DNA of 64,000 nt from Candidatus Poribacteria bacterium (GTDB taxonomy: Bacteria > Poribacteria > WGA-4E > WGA-3G). The translations under genes were made by a program, and so were the position numbers. The stretch covers positions 352,001 through 416,000 of the forward strand of contig CAXXUA010000003.1 in assembly GCA_963663765.2 (NCBI GenBank), written 5' to 3'. Every line of letters starts with the position of its first letter. Position 1 is the stretch's first letter. This document shows positions 22,230 to 33,059 of the stretch, piece after piece. The notes beneath the pieces were generated by a model that worked only from the letters and a program-made list of their open reading frames with translations, searched no databases and was not told the origin of the DNA.

Positions 22230-23624
22230 ATGAAACATATCTATTTAGGTTTGAAAACAAGTTTTTGCTTGTTCTCCATTAGTCTATTCGTCCTATTATT
22301 ACTAACAAGTTGTAATAATGAACTGACTACTCCAGACCCACCAATAAAAGTTGAATTATCGCCTGGAGATCCTTCCGAAAAACTTCTTGCCCGTATCTAT
22401 TTTGATGCTTCAGCCTCAATGCAAGGTTTTGTCGTTCCCAACACGTCGCAATACAAAAGCATACTTCGTCCTTTAGAAAGCGTTATAACAAGTGGTTGGA
22501 GGAATGGCAAAGCAGAATTCTACCGTTTTGGAGAACAGGTTACACCAATTGATAGAGATGGTTACCTAATGGCAGACTCTGAAGATTTTTATACCGAATT
22601 AAAAACGTATATCCAAAAAATCTTTGAATATGAAGAACAATTAGTTAGTAAAAATATAAATAACGCTTCTAATAATTCAATAGATGGAGGACCATCACCT
22701 AATAAAGTCAACGATATTAGAGAAGAAGACAGCTTAGTCGTTATCGTTACAGACCTTTTTCAAGATAAGCAAGATGTAAACTTATTGGTTACTCAACTTA
22801 GAGATAAATATATTAATAAAGAAAAAAAAGGACAAGCATTAGGACTGCTTGGACTTCGCAGTGAATTTGATGGTAGAGTCTACAACTTAGGTACGTCTCC
22901 CATTCTTTATCGCAGCACACCCGGAAAGCCTGAAACATTCCGTCCATTCTATCTCCTTGTTATAGGAAGGCACGCCGATATCGCTCACTATTTTGATCGT
23001 CTAATTGCTAATGGATTCACAGATGCACAAACGTTAATCTTTTCTCAGTATTTGGTAGATTCTTTACTGTCGTTTGAGAATGCTACGATTGAACAACTAG
23101 TGAATCTAAATAGGGTGTCAATCGCTGAGAAACCAGATCCTCAAGTGAAAGAATATAGAATCACTGACAAAAACAAACCATCTCAAATTTCTGCTAAATT
23201 GAAGTTCCAGTTTCTTTCATACGTTATGCCGTTTGACTCAGAAAAATTTGAAGTTAATATTATTGCTGAATATAAACCTGATTCAAAAGGTAAAAATGAA
23301 ATTAGTTTGGATGCACAGAAGTGTTTGAAAGTGATATCAACACATTCTAAGAATGATGAGGACAATGAACTCAACGTTGGCTTCAATTTGGACTCAGGGT
23401 CTTTACCAGATGAAAGAAAGATATACTTATACGAGGTAACATTAAGTCCTGGAATTGATACATTTAAAGAACCTGATTGGTGCTCACAGTGGGATATGGA
23501 AGACGAACGCAATGGTGCAAAGACACTTAATTTGGTTAATTTCATTCGCGGTCTTTCGCAAGCAACCACTCTGATACATGAACCGATTATCGCTAAATTT
23601 CATTTCTACATTGAAAAAAGATAA
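22230..23624 (+). CDS. vWA-like lipoprotein
   Basis: Lipobox LLTSC from Met 22230; MIDAS-like YFDASASMQGF (DxSxS) and VVIVTDL. Confidence 0.65.
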   Translation: MKHIYLGLKTSFCLFSISLFVLLLLTSCNNELTTPDPPIKVELSPGDPSEKLLARIYFDASASMQGFVVPNTSQYKSILRPLESVITSGWRNGKAEFYRFGEQVTPIDRDGYLMADSEDFYTELKTYIQKIFEYEEQLVSKNINNASNNSIDGGPSPNKVNDIREEDSLVVIVTDLFQDKQDVNLLVTQLRDKYINKEKKGQALGLLGLRSEFDGRVYNLGTSPILYRSTPGKPETFRPFYLLVIGRHADIAHYFDRLIANGFTDAQTLIFSQYLVDSLLSFENATIEQLVNLNRVSIAEKPDPQVKEYRITDKNKPSQISAKLKFQFLSYVMPFDSEKFEVNIIAEYKPDSKGKNEISLDAQKCLKVISTHSKNDEDNELNVGFNLDSGSLPDERKIYLYEVTLSPGIDTFKEPDWCSQWDMEDERNGAKTLNLVNFIRGLSQATTLIHEPIIAKFHFYIEKR

Positions 23625-23640
23625 GGGAGTCGTTCAAAAA

Positions 23641-24111
23641 ATGAAACATCACGCTATTTGTATAGTTTGTATTCTTTTCCTTATTGTTATCTTTATTGTT
23701 GCGGCTTATATTTTAGAACCCATGCTTTTGTATACTTTCCAACCAAGTTTACCTAAAGATCTTACAATTGACCAATGGATGGACAGTTTTCAAACATGGG
23801 CTTATGTGTGTGTTGGAGCCGCTGTAATTGCAATTATTCTATGGTACTTATTTAGTCAGACAGTTTTCAAAACGATTCATGAAAAACCGAGTGGGAAACG
23901 TTGGTTATGGGGACTATTATTCTTTTTGCCTACATGTGCTGTTGCCATTAGTTTCTATTTTATTGAGGAAACTGAAAGTGAGCCTTTGTTAGCTTATCTA
24001 TGTTTTGTGGTGAATGGATTTCTTCTTTATTACCTGGCTACTCTTTTATTTTCTCCTACGTCAGTTAAATTTACACCACTTGGTTCAATGAAAATTCGTC
24101 GTTTTTGGTAA
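23641..24111 (+). CDS. 4-TM membrane protein
   Basis: Four hydrophobic segments; GGGAG RBS before ATG 23641. Confidence 0.75.
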   Translation: MKHHAICIVCILFLIVIFIVAAYILEPMLLYTFQPSLPKDLTIDQWMDSFQTWAYVCVGAAVIAIILWYLFSQTVFKTIHEKPSGKRWLWGLLFFLPTCAVAISFYFIEETESEPLLAYLCFVVNGFLLYYLATLLFSPTSVKFTPLGSMKIRRFW

Positions 24112-24135
24112 GGGCTTTTTTGAGGAGGAAGATTG

Positions 24136-25575
24136 ATGGGATATTATGCTATCGGTATAGGTGGGACAGGTGCGAAATGTCTTGAATCTTTGATACATCT
24201 CACCGCTGCAGGAATGATGCCTGACAATGGCGATCTTTATATGCTTTTTGTTGATCCTGACAATGCAAACGGTAGTCTTGATCGTGCTAATACAACTTTG
24301 AATCACTATAAAGCATTTAATGAAAATGATCAACTAACACAACCATATTTACTACAAACTACAATTGATTCTGCCACCAACCCCATTTTTTCACCGTTTG
24401 ATAAACAGGATGATGATAAACCTAATTTGTCTGACTTTTTCAAGTATCCAGGACTTAAGCTTGCAAAAAATAATGCTGCTGAGCTCTTTGAAGTTCTATA
24501 TAGTGAAAAAGAAAGAACTACTGAGTTGAATGAAGGTTTTCGTGGTCACCCATCAATTGGTGCCTCGGTCATGACGCAAACGGTATTGGGAGCAGACGAA
24601 CCGTGGAAAACATTTCGAGTGAAAATTCAAAAAGATCCGAATCCAAAGATTTTTTTGGCAGGATCAATTTTTGGTGGAACTGGTGCAGCGGGATTCCCTA
24701 CGATAGCAAAATTAATCAAAAGTGAATTGAAAGCAAAACCTGTAAATGAACAGATAGGCGGGGCATTACTATTACCTTATTTTACTTTTACCGATACTGG
24801 AGATAATGAAAATGAACTCAAAGCAAAAGCTGAACATTTCTTAATGAATACACAAGCGGCACTTGAGTATTATCATCTATGGAATAAAGATCTTGTCTAC
24901 AATGCCCTTTATCTCCTTGGTAACGATGCACAAATTGAAGAAGATAATTTTTCTTTGGGTGGAAAGAAGCAGCGAAATTCACAACACTTCATTGAACTCT
25001 ATGCAGCTTTAGCTGCAATCCACTTCTTCGGAGACAACCCCGCAGTAGATGATGGTGCACAGTATTTTAGATTAGATCGAGCAAACAATCCACATACGTG
25101 GAGTGACCTACCAGACGGTGAAAATGGAACAAAGATACATTCAAAACTTTGTCAGTTAACGAATTTCTCCTTTGCTTATCTGAGTACCTATAAACCGATG
25201 CTTGATGATATCAGAAATAAAAACCGCTCGGGATTTCATTCTCCATGGTATATCGATTTCTTTAAACGGAACAGGATCACGCTTAAAGATGTTAATGTAG
25301 GAAATTCACTCAAAAATGTAAAGGACTATTGTGAGGATTTTTTGGTTTGGATTGCTAACGTTCAGAATTCTCAAAAAGGTAAACCACTTAACGCAGTTGA
25401 CAGTTTCGACCTGACGAAATGCGGTAATCTTATCTCGTCAGAAGGATTAAAACCCTTGAGTCCCGCTACACTGAACAAAATTTGGGAAAAAATGTGCAGT
25501 GCTAATGGTAAGGGTGAAGGCACTGATATCGGGAAGTTTCTGAGTACCTTATATCAAAATTGTGGAACAGTTTAA
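24136..25575 (+). CDS. Divergent tubulin/FtsZ-superfamily GTPase (Tubulin_2-like)
   Basis: T1 loop AIGIGGTGAK, FVDPD, EGFRGHPSIG, signature-like GSIFGGTGAAG; GAGGAGG RBS. Confidence 0.82.
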   Translation: MGYYAIGIGGTGAKCLESLIHLTAAGMMPDNGDLYMLFVDPDNANGSLDRANTTLNHYKAFNENDQLTQPYLLQTTIDSATNPIFSPFDKQDDDKPNLSDFFKYPGLKLAKNNAAELFEVLYSEKERTTELNEGFRGHPSIGASVMTQTVLGADEPWKTFRVKIQKDPNPKIFLAGSIFGGTGAAGFPTIAKLIKSELKAKPVNEQIGGALLLPYFTFTDTGDNENELKAKAEHFLMNTQAALEYYHLWNKDLVYNALYLLGNDAQIEEDNFSLGGKKQRNSQHFIELYAALAAIHFFGDNPAVDDGAQYFRLDRANNPHTWSDLPDGENGTKIHSKLCQLTNFSFAYLSTYKPMLDDIRNKNRSGFHSPWYIDFFKRNRITLKDVNVGNSLKNVKDYCEDFLVWIANVQNSQKGKPLNAVDSFDLTKCGNLISSEGLKPLSPATLNKIWEKMCSANGKGEGTDIGKFLSTLYQNCGTV

Positions 25576-25763
25576 ACAGGCAATTACCGTTTTTGTAGGT
25601 TAGGTAGAGTGGTCCCACACTAATCGTAATGTTTAGATCCCGTAACTAACGCATAATCTGTACTTTAGATAAACGGATTACGCTAACGCAATACACTTGA
25701 ATTAAGTAGAAATTACATGATACATAACAAAGTGTTATGGTACTATTAGATAGGAGTTCTTAA

Positions 25764-28742
25764 ATGCAAACTTATCCTCTGCTTCCTCCATTAAAGGATG
25801 ATGGATTAGCCATCCTTCCCAAAAAAGGAACATGGCAAGTGGTGCCTCCTGTTGCCCTTAAAAATATCGCTGAGAACCTTAAGGTTACGAAAGTTGATGG
25901 ACAATACACTGATATTGACAGCATCCCGAGTATGTGGGCACGTCCGCTGCTTTTTCAGATAGCACTCTACGACACTAACCATCCAATGCACGACTGTGTT
26001 GTAGGTGAATGGCGCGGACTTTTGACTATGCTTGCTCTCAAGGAGCGGCGAAATTTTCCTTTGACAACGAAGTTAATTACGATTCCTTCCGCAGACGATG
26101 ACGATACACCCGAATTTCTTCGTGCATTACGCAAATTGATGCCAGAACAGACATTAGATGTAAATACAACTTGGGATAAGCTTTACCTAATTCTTTTTAA
26201 TGATGATCCAATAGGTATTACTTCTCCTACAACCCTTGTATGTACATCTATTGACTATACGGATTGTATCTCAAATGTGAGTTGGTATAATGGACAATTC
26301 CTATGCGATCCGATTAAATTTTTAAACCCAGAAGAAAAAGCAGCGGTTGCAGGTTGGCTAAATGTTTTTTTTACAACCCATATTCCTCCAGGTGATGGTC
26401 TAAAAGGAAATCTAGAAGCACAAATTCTTAATTTTACAGCTGCTTTAGGAGGAATACCTGCAGCATTACCAGCATTATCTAATAATTCTCTCAATATGAC
26501 TGTTGGTTTCTTCTCCGGAATGAATCTTCCAATAGCACCTAAAGAATACTTCACAGAAAAACTTTTCGTAATTAACCAACAGGATGCTTTCATTAAAGAA
26601 AACATTCTCTCACCTAAAGGCAGTACTAATCTTAAATTGAACGGTGTCGATGTAACACCCATTCTTCCAATCAGAAAGGAAATATTGAATGAATTCAGTG
26701 TTAACGATTTGCAAAAGCGTATTTCTTTTATTACGACACCAAATGGTATCAAGGTTGATTTACTATATCCATCCCCTGGAGATGGAAAGAATATACTTAT
26801 ATCTCAAGAGTATGTGAAGCAGAATGATGGTGATGATGAACTCTTCAAAAATCCGGAAATTATTGTAATTGAACAACCACCCGTATTGGAAGTTTGGCCG
26901 AATTTTAATACTTCAGATTGGAAAACATACTTTACCTATTTTACAAAAGCGGGGCAAAATACATTTGATGCCAAACCAATCTTGGAAAAAGATGGAGCAC
27001 TTGTTTCGTGCCTTTTGGAGGAAGACACTGAGATTGCAAAAACATCTGCTTTTCCTCAAGCAATGAACTGTACATATAAAGATCATCAGGCAATAGATTC
27101 TGAGGAAGCAGGCATTTTGCTGATTTCTCCGAAAGATGCACCTCAAGGCGTAACTACGTGGAACATTGGTATTGATTTTGGAACTAGTGGTACTACTGTT
27201 TATAAACAAGATCCTACGATAAATAAACTTGAACCAATTTCATTTGAGAATCATCTGTTCCAAATTACGAACTCCCCATCAAGAAGTCGTACTAAGGTAT
27301 ATCAACAATTTTTTTCATCTCGACTTGAGGAAACACCTTTTTTTAGCTTATTTCAGCAACATCCTAATTCGAGAAAAAAGTCGAAATCGGGTAAAAGACT
27401 TGAACCTATGCTGGATGGTCGTATCTATTTTGTTGAAGACTATAAAATAAAAGAAAATGTTGTTAGCAATCTCAAATGGTCACCCGATCCAGAAGATCGA
27501 ATTCGAACTCAGACGTTTATAGAACAAATTTGCCTTCAATGTGCTGCAGAAGCAATGCATAACGAAGTTAATTTGATAAATTGGCATTTTTCATATCCAC
27601 TTGCCTTTTCACAGAAAGATAAGGCTGCTTTCAATACTATATGCAATAATGCTACAAATGCTTGTGAGGAAAAAACAGGGATCCAAAATGGTAATGTCAA
27701 TCTTGAATCAGAGAGTATTGCCACCGCGAAGTACTTTGCTGGTAAGTTCGGTGGTTTCGCTGGTGGAGCAGTCTGTATAGACATCGGTGGAGAAACCTCT
27801 GACATCTCAATCTGGCAAGATAACACTTTGTGCTGGCAAACGTCAATCCGATTTGCAGGTCGGCATATCTTTTTAGATCTCCTAAAACACAAGCCTGAAT
27901 TTTTAAAGAGTTTTGACGTTTCTGATGCTGACATTGAAATATTAGAAGAAGTTTCCAATTCTGAGAAGTTTTATAGTCAAGCTGATACATGGATTAACGC
28001 ATGGATCAATGATTCTAAAGATAGCTTAAAAAATAAACTCGCAATCTACGGGGGTAGAATCGAAGGGATACCGTTCATTCCGCTTATTGCTCTGGGTATT
28101 TCAGGTCTATTATATTACGCAGGATTGATTATGAATTACCTTATTAAAAACAAAGACTTTAGACCGACAATGCCGAACATATACATTGGAGGTAACGGAG
28201 CTCGAATTTTGGATTGGTTAGCAAATGGGGATTTCACACCTAAGTCTGCAAACAGTAAGTATCTCAAAGAAATATTACTGTTTGCATCGGGATTTGATAA
28301 AGGGGCATTTTTTATTCTTCAGAATACACAAGAACCAAAACATGAAGCTGCGGCAGGTTTAATCAATGACAAAACACAACTCGTGATCACCACAGAAGAC
28401 TACGGTATATTGGCTGGTGAAGAATTTGAAGACTTCAGTTGGACAACTATTCTATCTGCCGAAAGTTTTGGGAAATCTCAGAGATTAGAAAATAATCTTG
28501 AACAGACAGGAGATAAACTGCTTCAGATTGAAAATCTCATAAAGATATTTAACGAAGGACTGGGTAAAGAACTCGGTCAAACAATCAATCTTGACCCAGA
28601 ATTAAAGAAGAACCTAAATAGCGATGTAAATGATTGGTTACAAGATCTTGCTATGCAACCGGACGATGGTCGGATTGTTGAACCAATTTTCATTAAGGTA
28701 ATGGGGAAACTGTTGGAACGCAAAATTAATGAATGGAACTAA
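25764..28742 (+). CDS. 992-aa protein with a C-terminal actin/Hsp70-fold (ASKHA) ATPase
   Basis: Phosphate-1 IGIDFGTSGT, FSYP, connect ESESIA, phosphate-2 CIDIGGETSDIS, FAGR, adenosine IGGNGAR; unknown ~450-aa N-terminus. Confidence 0.8.
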   Translation: MQTYPLLPPLKDDGLAILPKKGTWQVVPPVALKNIAENLKVTKVDGQYTDIDSIPSMWARPLLFQIALYDTNHPMHDCVVGEWRGLLTMLALKERRNFPLTTKLITIPSADDDDTPEFLRALRKLMPEQTLDVNTTWDKLYLILFNDDPIGITSPTTLVCTSIDYTDCISNVSWYNGQFLCDPIKFLNPEEKAAVAGWLNVFFTTHIPPGDGLKGNLEAQILNFTAALGGIPAALPALSNNSLNMTVGFFSGMNLPIAPKEYFTEKLFVINQQDAFIKENILSPKGSTNLKLNGVDVTPILPIRKEILNEFSVNDLQKRISFITTPNGIKVDLLYPSPGDGKNILISQEYVKQNDGDDELFKNPEIIVIEQPPVLEVWPNFNTSDWKTYFTYFTKAGQNTFDAKPILEKDGALVSCLLEEDTEIAKTSAFPQAMNCTYKDHQAIDSEEAGILLISPKDAPQGVTTWNIGIDFGTSGTTVYKQDPTINKLEPISFENHLFQITNSPSRSRTKVYQQFFSSRLEETPFFSLFQQHPNSRKKSKSGKRLEPMLDGRIYFVEDYKIKENVVSNLKWSPDPEDRIRTQTFIEQICLQCAAEAMHNEVNLINWHFSYPLAFSQKDKAAFNTICNNATNACEEKTGIQNGNVNLESESIATAKYFAGKFGGFAGGAVCIDIGGETSDISIWQDNTLCWQTSIRFAGRHIFLDLLKHKPEFLKSFDVSDADIEILEEVSNSEKFYSQADTWINAWINDSKDSLKNKLAIYGGRIEGIPFIPLIALGISGLLYYAGLIMNYLIKNKDFRPTMPNIYIGGNGARILDWLANGDFTPKSANSKYLKEILLFASGFDKGAFFILQNTQEPKHEAAAGLINDKTQLVITTEDYGILAGEEFEDFSWTTILSAESFGKSQRLENNLEQTGDKLLQIENLIKIFNEGLGKELGQTINLDPELKKNLNSDVNDWLQDLAMQPDDGRIVEPIFIKVMGKLLERKINEWN

Positions 28743-28760
28743 TACAATAGGCATGGCTTG

Positions 28761-29903
28761 ATGCGTTATATCAAAACCAATTCTATATATCATAGATTTT
28801 GTTCTGGAATAGTGGTTATTTTTTTGATTGTCTGTCCGTTTTTTGTGCTTGAGGCTCAAAACAATACTGACTCCGATCCGCAGGAAACATCAAAAGCACA
28901 GAATAATGACCAATCACAAAATGATACTGAATCCGATACACAGGAAACATCTAAATCTCAGAATAATGACCAATCACAAAATGATACTGAATCCGATACA
29001 CAGGAAACACCTAAATCTCAGAATAACGACCAAGTCCCGTTTGCCGATCAAGATATTACCAGTTTATTAAACGAACAAAATAGAAAATTTGCAGATCAAA
29101 CAGCATTGATGATGGTTGTTTTCATGCCTGTACTCATAATTTTGCTAATCTTTCTTATTTGGATCTTTCTAAGATATAGAACGCTTGCTCAAAAATTGGA
29201 TGATGTAAGATATAGGATAGATGGTATTACCAAAACTAACAACGATTTAAAGCAAGACTTGTCTGTTGTTAATAGACGTATGCAACCAGCTGCGAATACA
29301 TTTGATCCTAATGAATTATATCAAGCATTAACCAATGAAAGTCAAAAGAATACACAAAAGATTCTCAACCAAATCAGAACTCTTACCCCTAATTCCACGA
29401 ACAGTAGTGACGCAGTACTTACAGAGAAGAAAAAAACTTTTGAAACACATAAAACTCCTATTGTGGACGAACAAATTTCACAGGATATTGTTGAATTCTG
29501 TGCCTGTTATAATGAAGCAATAATTGAAAGACAAAAATGGTCGAATTTTGTGAGTACATATAAGCAAAACTTCAAGATTGATGTTGTAAACGCTGAAGAA
29601 CGTTTCCTAAACCCAAAAGTAGATATTGATCCTATTTTCAAAACTAGTTCAACTGGCTGTTTTTTAGCATGCTATATTGAGGATGAAAAGTTATACGTAA
29701 TTGTTCCAATTTATGATTTGGTGGTAGAACGTTCTACTTATTTTCCAGGGGCTTTTGGTGAAGTGTTTGAATGTTCTCAATTTGATGATCGAAGCAATTA
29801 TCGGATCAGTGAACTGATTCAACCTGCAATCTTTGAACCAGACGATGCAAAGGAAACATGGACACTTAAGAAAAAAGGGATATTAGATTTGTATAAAACC
29901 TAG
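28761..29903 (+). CDS. Membrane-anchored protein with a 20-aa repeat linker and a cytoplasmic C-terminal domain
   Basis: Signal peptide, 3 x 60-bp repeat (about 28860-29035), TM, coiled coil, C-terminal ...QPAIFEP...KKGIL. Confidence 0.75.
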   Translation: MRYIKTNSIYHRFCSGIVVIFLIVCPFFVLEAQNNTDSDPQETSKAQNNDQSQNDTESDTQETSKSQNNDQSQNDTESDTQETPKSQNNDQVPFADQDITSLLNEQNRKFADQTALMMVVFMPVLIILLIFLIWIFLRYRTLAQKLDDVRYRIDGITKTNNDLKQDLSVVNRRMQPAANTFDPNELYQALTNESQKNTQKILNQIRTLTPNSTNSSDAVLTEKKKTFETHKTPIVDEQISQDIVEFCACYNEAIIERQKWSNFVSTYKQNFKIDVVNAEERFLNPKVDIDPIFKTSSTGCFLACYIEDEKLYVIVPIYDLVVERSTYFPGAFGEVFECSQFDDRSNYRISELIQPAIFEPDDAKETWTLKKKGILDLYKT

Positions 29904-29978
29904 TTGAAATCAACGAATTTACAAAACTCAATTAGGGTCAAACTCACAATAGATAAATTCCAGTAATAGAAAACACTC

Positions 29979-31880
29979 ATGCCACAATTCACTATAGGTA
30001 TTATAACATTCTTGATAGGTTTCTTTTCCGTTTGGATTATCGGACTAATCAGATATTGGCGTTGGTTACGGATGGAACGGATACAAATTGAAAACTGTAA
30101 GAATATCCAACCTCTCGTTACTGCCCGACATGAACAAGATCGTGGGAACGAAGATAACGACCAGAAAGTCGATCCTGAAAACGCGTTCAGCGAATTTTGC
30201 AAGGAAAGCAGCCTTAACAGACGTTCTCCGATAGCAAAACATCTCAAAGCGATTTTCTTGGCAGGCTGGGATGAAACCCGTCTTGAAGTCAGCGAGTTAA
30301 TTAACCACACCACAGCTGACCTATTTAAATGGAACAACCTTTTTCGTTCCATGTTGGCAGTTTTTATCGTGATTGGACTATTGGGAACCCTCTTTGGACT
30401 TACCGATAGTTTAACAGATTTATCTCCAGCTTTAAAAGAGAGTACAGTGAACGATACATCCACAGCAAACAGTGAAAGGATGACTCAGGCGTTGGGGGGC
30501 CTTCTTGATAAGATGAAAGGTGCTCTTGCTCCGAGCATCAGTGGAATCTTTTTCACTATTTTGGGCGTTATTCTTTACGGTATCTATTTGCAATACGCAT
30601 GTCATCCCATTAAATCGAGTCTGGAACAATTGACACTCACCGTCTGGGTTCCTCAACTCTATCCTACCACCTCACAGAAGTTCATCGAAACGATCCAGAA
30701 AAGCGAATCTCAGATGCAAAAAGGATTTGAGACTGCAGCACAGTTTAGTGAATCAGTCCAAAAAGTGCATGGTAATATAGATGAATTCAACGAAAGTCTA
30801 ACACAAGCAAGTGCTATTACGCAACCACTATCAGATTCAGTAACACAAATCAATAAAGCAGCATCGGACATCAGCACTGCTGCTGATACGCTTAACACAG
30901 GTTTTACGGAAAAGCTTGATAAATTTTCAAAAGAATTTACATCAAGTGTTACCCAACTCACCGGTTTTCAAGATGAGATTCGCAAACTCCACAAACAATT
31001 TCAAGATGCAGCGAACCAGAAATTAGACTTACAAATGAAAAAGTTAGATGAACAGAATCAGAACATTTCAAAATTTACAGAGACTTTGGAAACAAATCTA
31101 TCTAACCTTCAAAAAAGTCTAAATGGTAGATTAGACACACTTAATGATCGGTTAGAGAACTTCGATACACCCCTTAGAGACGCGGTTGACCATATTAGCA
31201 AAACTTTTGATACACAATTAGAAACCCTAAATAATCGTTTAGAGAACTTTGATGAACCACTCCAAGAAGCAGCAAACCAAATGAGAGGAACTTTTGCAAA
31301 TTTAGTTAGATATATGCAAAGTATTGTTGGTGATCTGCAGAAAGAAATAAGAGAACAGAATGAGAAATATAAGGAGCAACTTACAGGAGTCAAAAACCTA
31401 AATAAAAGTGTTGAAAACCTATTAATACAGTTAGATGAGAGTAGCAAAAACCAGAAAGAAGCTGTTGGTGAATTAAGCACAAATGTCGGTAGTCTGACCG
31501 CAGACATAAACAGCCTTGACAGTGCAATCAGTACCTTTACTTCAGATACGGGGTCTTTTCACCAATCAGTAGGAGCGATTAAAGGAGATATTGAAAAGTT
31601 AGCCACCGCATCACAAGAATTCGTAGAAAAAGTAGATAAAGCCGACGTTACACCTCTAACAAACAACATTGAGAGACTCAATACATCAATAAACGAAATT
31701 TCCCAGAATTCTAAAACCTTAGCGGATGCTGTCAATACACTGGGAAAGCAAAGGGGGTCATCAGGAACCGAACGGAAGCGGAAACGTCCATTTTTCAAAG
31801 GAAAATGGAATCCATTTTCTGGTAAAAAGACTTCTGGGGAGACTAACTCCGATTCTCAAAATGACAACGAAGGGAAGTGA
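29979..31880 (+). CDS. ZorA/MotA-like ion-channel subunit with a long alpha-helical tail
   Basis: N-terminal TM, MotA/TolQ/ExbB motif IGLLGTLFGL, APSISGIFFTILG TM, then about 400 aa of heptad-rich helix. Confidence 0.75.
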   Translation: MPQFTIGIITFLIGFFSVWIIGLIRYWRWLRMERIQIENCKNIQPLVTARHEQDRGNEDNDQKVDPENAFSEFCKESSLNRRSPIAKHLKAIFLAGWDETRLEVSELINHTTADLFKWNNLFRSMLAVFIVIGLLGTLFGLTDSLTDLSPALKESTVNDTSTANSERMTQALGGLLDKMKGALAPSISGIFFTILGVILYGIYLQYACHPIKSSLEQLTLTVWVPQLYPTTSQKFIETIQKSESQMQKGFETAAQFSESVQKVHGNIDEFNESLTQASAITQPLSDSVTQINKAASDISTAADTLNTGFTEKLDKFSKEFTSSVTQLTGFQDEIRKLHKQFQDAANQKLDLQMKKLDEQNQNISKFTETLETNLSNLQKSLNGRLDTLNDRLENFDTPLRDAVDHISKTFDTQLETLNNRLENFDEPLQEAANQMRGTFANLVRYMQSIVGDLQKEIREQNEKYKEQLTGVKNLNKSVENLLIQLDESSKNQKEAVGELSTNVGSLTADINSLDSAISTFTSDTGSFHQSVGAIKGDIEKLATASQEFVEKVDKADVTPLTNNIERLNTSINEISQNSKTLADAVNTLGKQRGSSGTERKRKRPFFKGKWNPFSGKKTSGETNSDSQNDNEGK

Positions 31881-31926
31881 CATAGTCCATTCTAATATAG
31901 ACATTGCTTAAAAAGGAACTTTCAAT

Positions 31927-32523
31927 ATGCCGTATTTATTATCAAACTTACGTTATTTAGTAATTGCGCTACTACCTCTGCTTTTTTGGGGGTGTAGAAT
32001 GTCAACTGTGAGAGATGTTAAAGAAAAAATAAGTGAGGAAATAAAATCTCAACCAGAGCCGCAACCAGCTGAAGAATTACAATTAAACCAACCACCCCTA
32101 ATTTATATTAATTCGTTGCCTGCATTCAAATTAGCCCTTGAACAACAAAGGCAATCAATTCTTGATACAGGCACTAAAATGGAATACGCATATTTGGATT
32201 ACATAGAATCACTTACAAGTATTCTCGTTACGCTTGCGAATTATTATTCTCCAAAACAATTTGGCAATCAAACACCGCAAGCGTTTATTTCTGAGATAAT
32301 AGAATCTCGTTTCCGATGGCATTCTGCTGTTGTAGAACCACTTGGGCCAATGACAGGTGGAAAATTCGCACTATTGGAGTCTGCTGCGGCTGTAGCAGGT
32401 GATGTCGAAGAAATGATTGCAGATATGGTTTTTCACTTGTATAGAGATGATATTATCTGGGGAGATAGCCAAAACGATGAGTGGCACGATGAGTGGGTGA
32501 AGGCATGGTGTAATAGTAACTGA
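31927..32523 (+). CDS. Hypothetical lipoprotein
   Basis: Lipobox-like LFWGC; 198-aa ORF with AAGGA RBS. Confidence 0.65.
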   Translation: MPYLLSNLRYLVIALLPLLFWGCRMSTVRDVKEKISEEIKSQPEPQPAEELQLNQPPLIYINSLPAFKLALEQQRQSILDTGTKMEYAYLDYIESLTSILVTLANYYSPKQFGNQTPQAFISEIIESRFRWHSAVVEPLGPMTGGKFALLESAAAVAGDVEEMIADMVFHLYRDDIIWGDSQNDEWHDEWVKAWCNSN

Positions 32524-32626
32524 GGGGTATGCATAAATAATTGGTGGATCAACATAGATGGTGACACACGTCACATACTACTTCATGTGGATGGACACCA
32601 TTCTTAGTGCAAAAAGGACAAGATTT

Positions 32627-32711
32627 TGTAGGTCGGGTAGAGTTTGCGAAACCCGACATGCAAGCCTGGATACGAGTATGTCGGGTTTCACTGCGTTCTA
32701 CCCGACCTACG
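32627..32711. repeat. REP doublet
   Basis: GTAGGTCGGGTAGA...TCTACCCGACCTAC with an inner GAAACCCGACAT/ATGTCGGGTTTC stem. Confidence 0.8.
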
Positions 32712-32784
32712 ACATAAGCTTAAAATCAAATATATTTATGCACACACCTCATAGTAACTTTTAGTTGCCTATCAATTTAGTATT

Positions 32785-32941
32785 CAGGACTAACGCAGTT
32801 TTCATGATCCAATCAAGAATTAAGACGAAAACGATGTAATTTTCAGCATTTTTTAGGTTTCCGGCGCCAAATCAACGGTATGAATGCCTTTTGGCATTCC
32901 CCGCCTACAAAGCACGCCTACCGTTGGGTGCGTAAGTCATG
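32785..32941. mobile_element. IS701-type MITE
   Basis: CAGGACTAACGCA ... TGCGTAAGTCATG; 5-bp TSD GTATT. Confidence 0.85.
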
Positions 32942-33059
32942 GTATTTTATAGCCTCATATTGAGAGATATTGATGTCTGAGCGTTTTTGAGAAATATCAG
33001 CAATACTGAATCCGTTAGCACTTTGTGAACTCGTAATCCCTAAATAACTGATTAACATT

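Noticed and set aside
24136-25575. Canonical ftsZ
   Set aside because: Lacks the FtsZ NTD.Q and T7 motifs and the C-terminal peptide; no dcw context
25764-28742. dnaK, ftsA or mreB
   Set aside because: Only the ASKHA motifs are shared; size, N-terminal extension and lack of a substrate-binding domain differ
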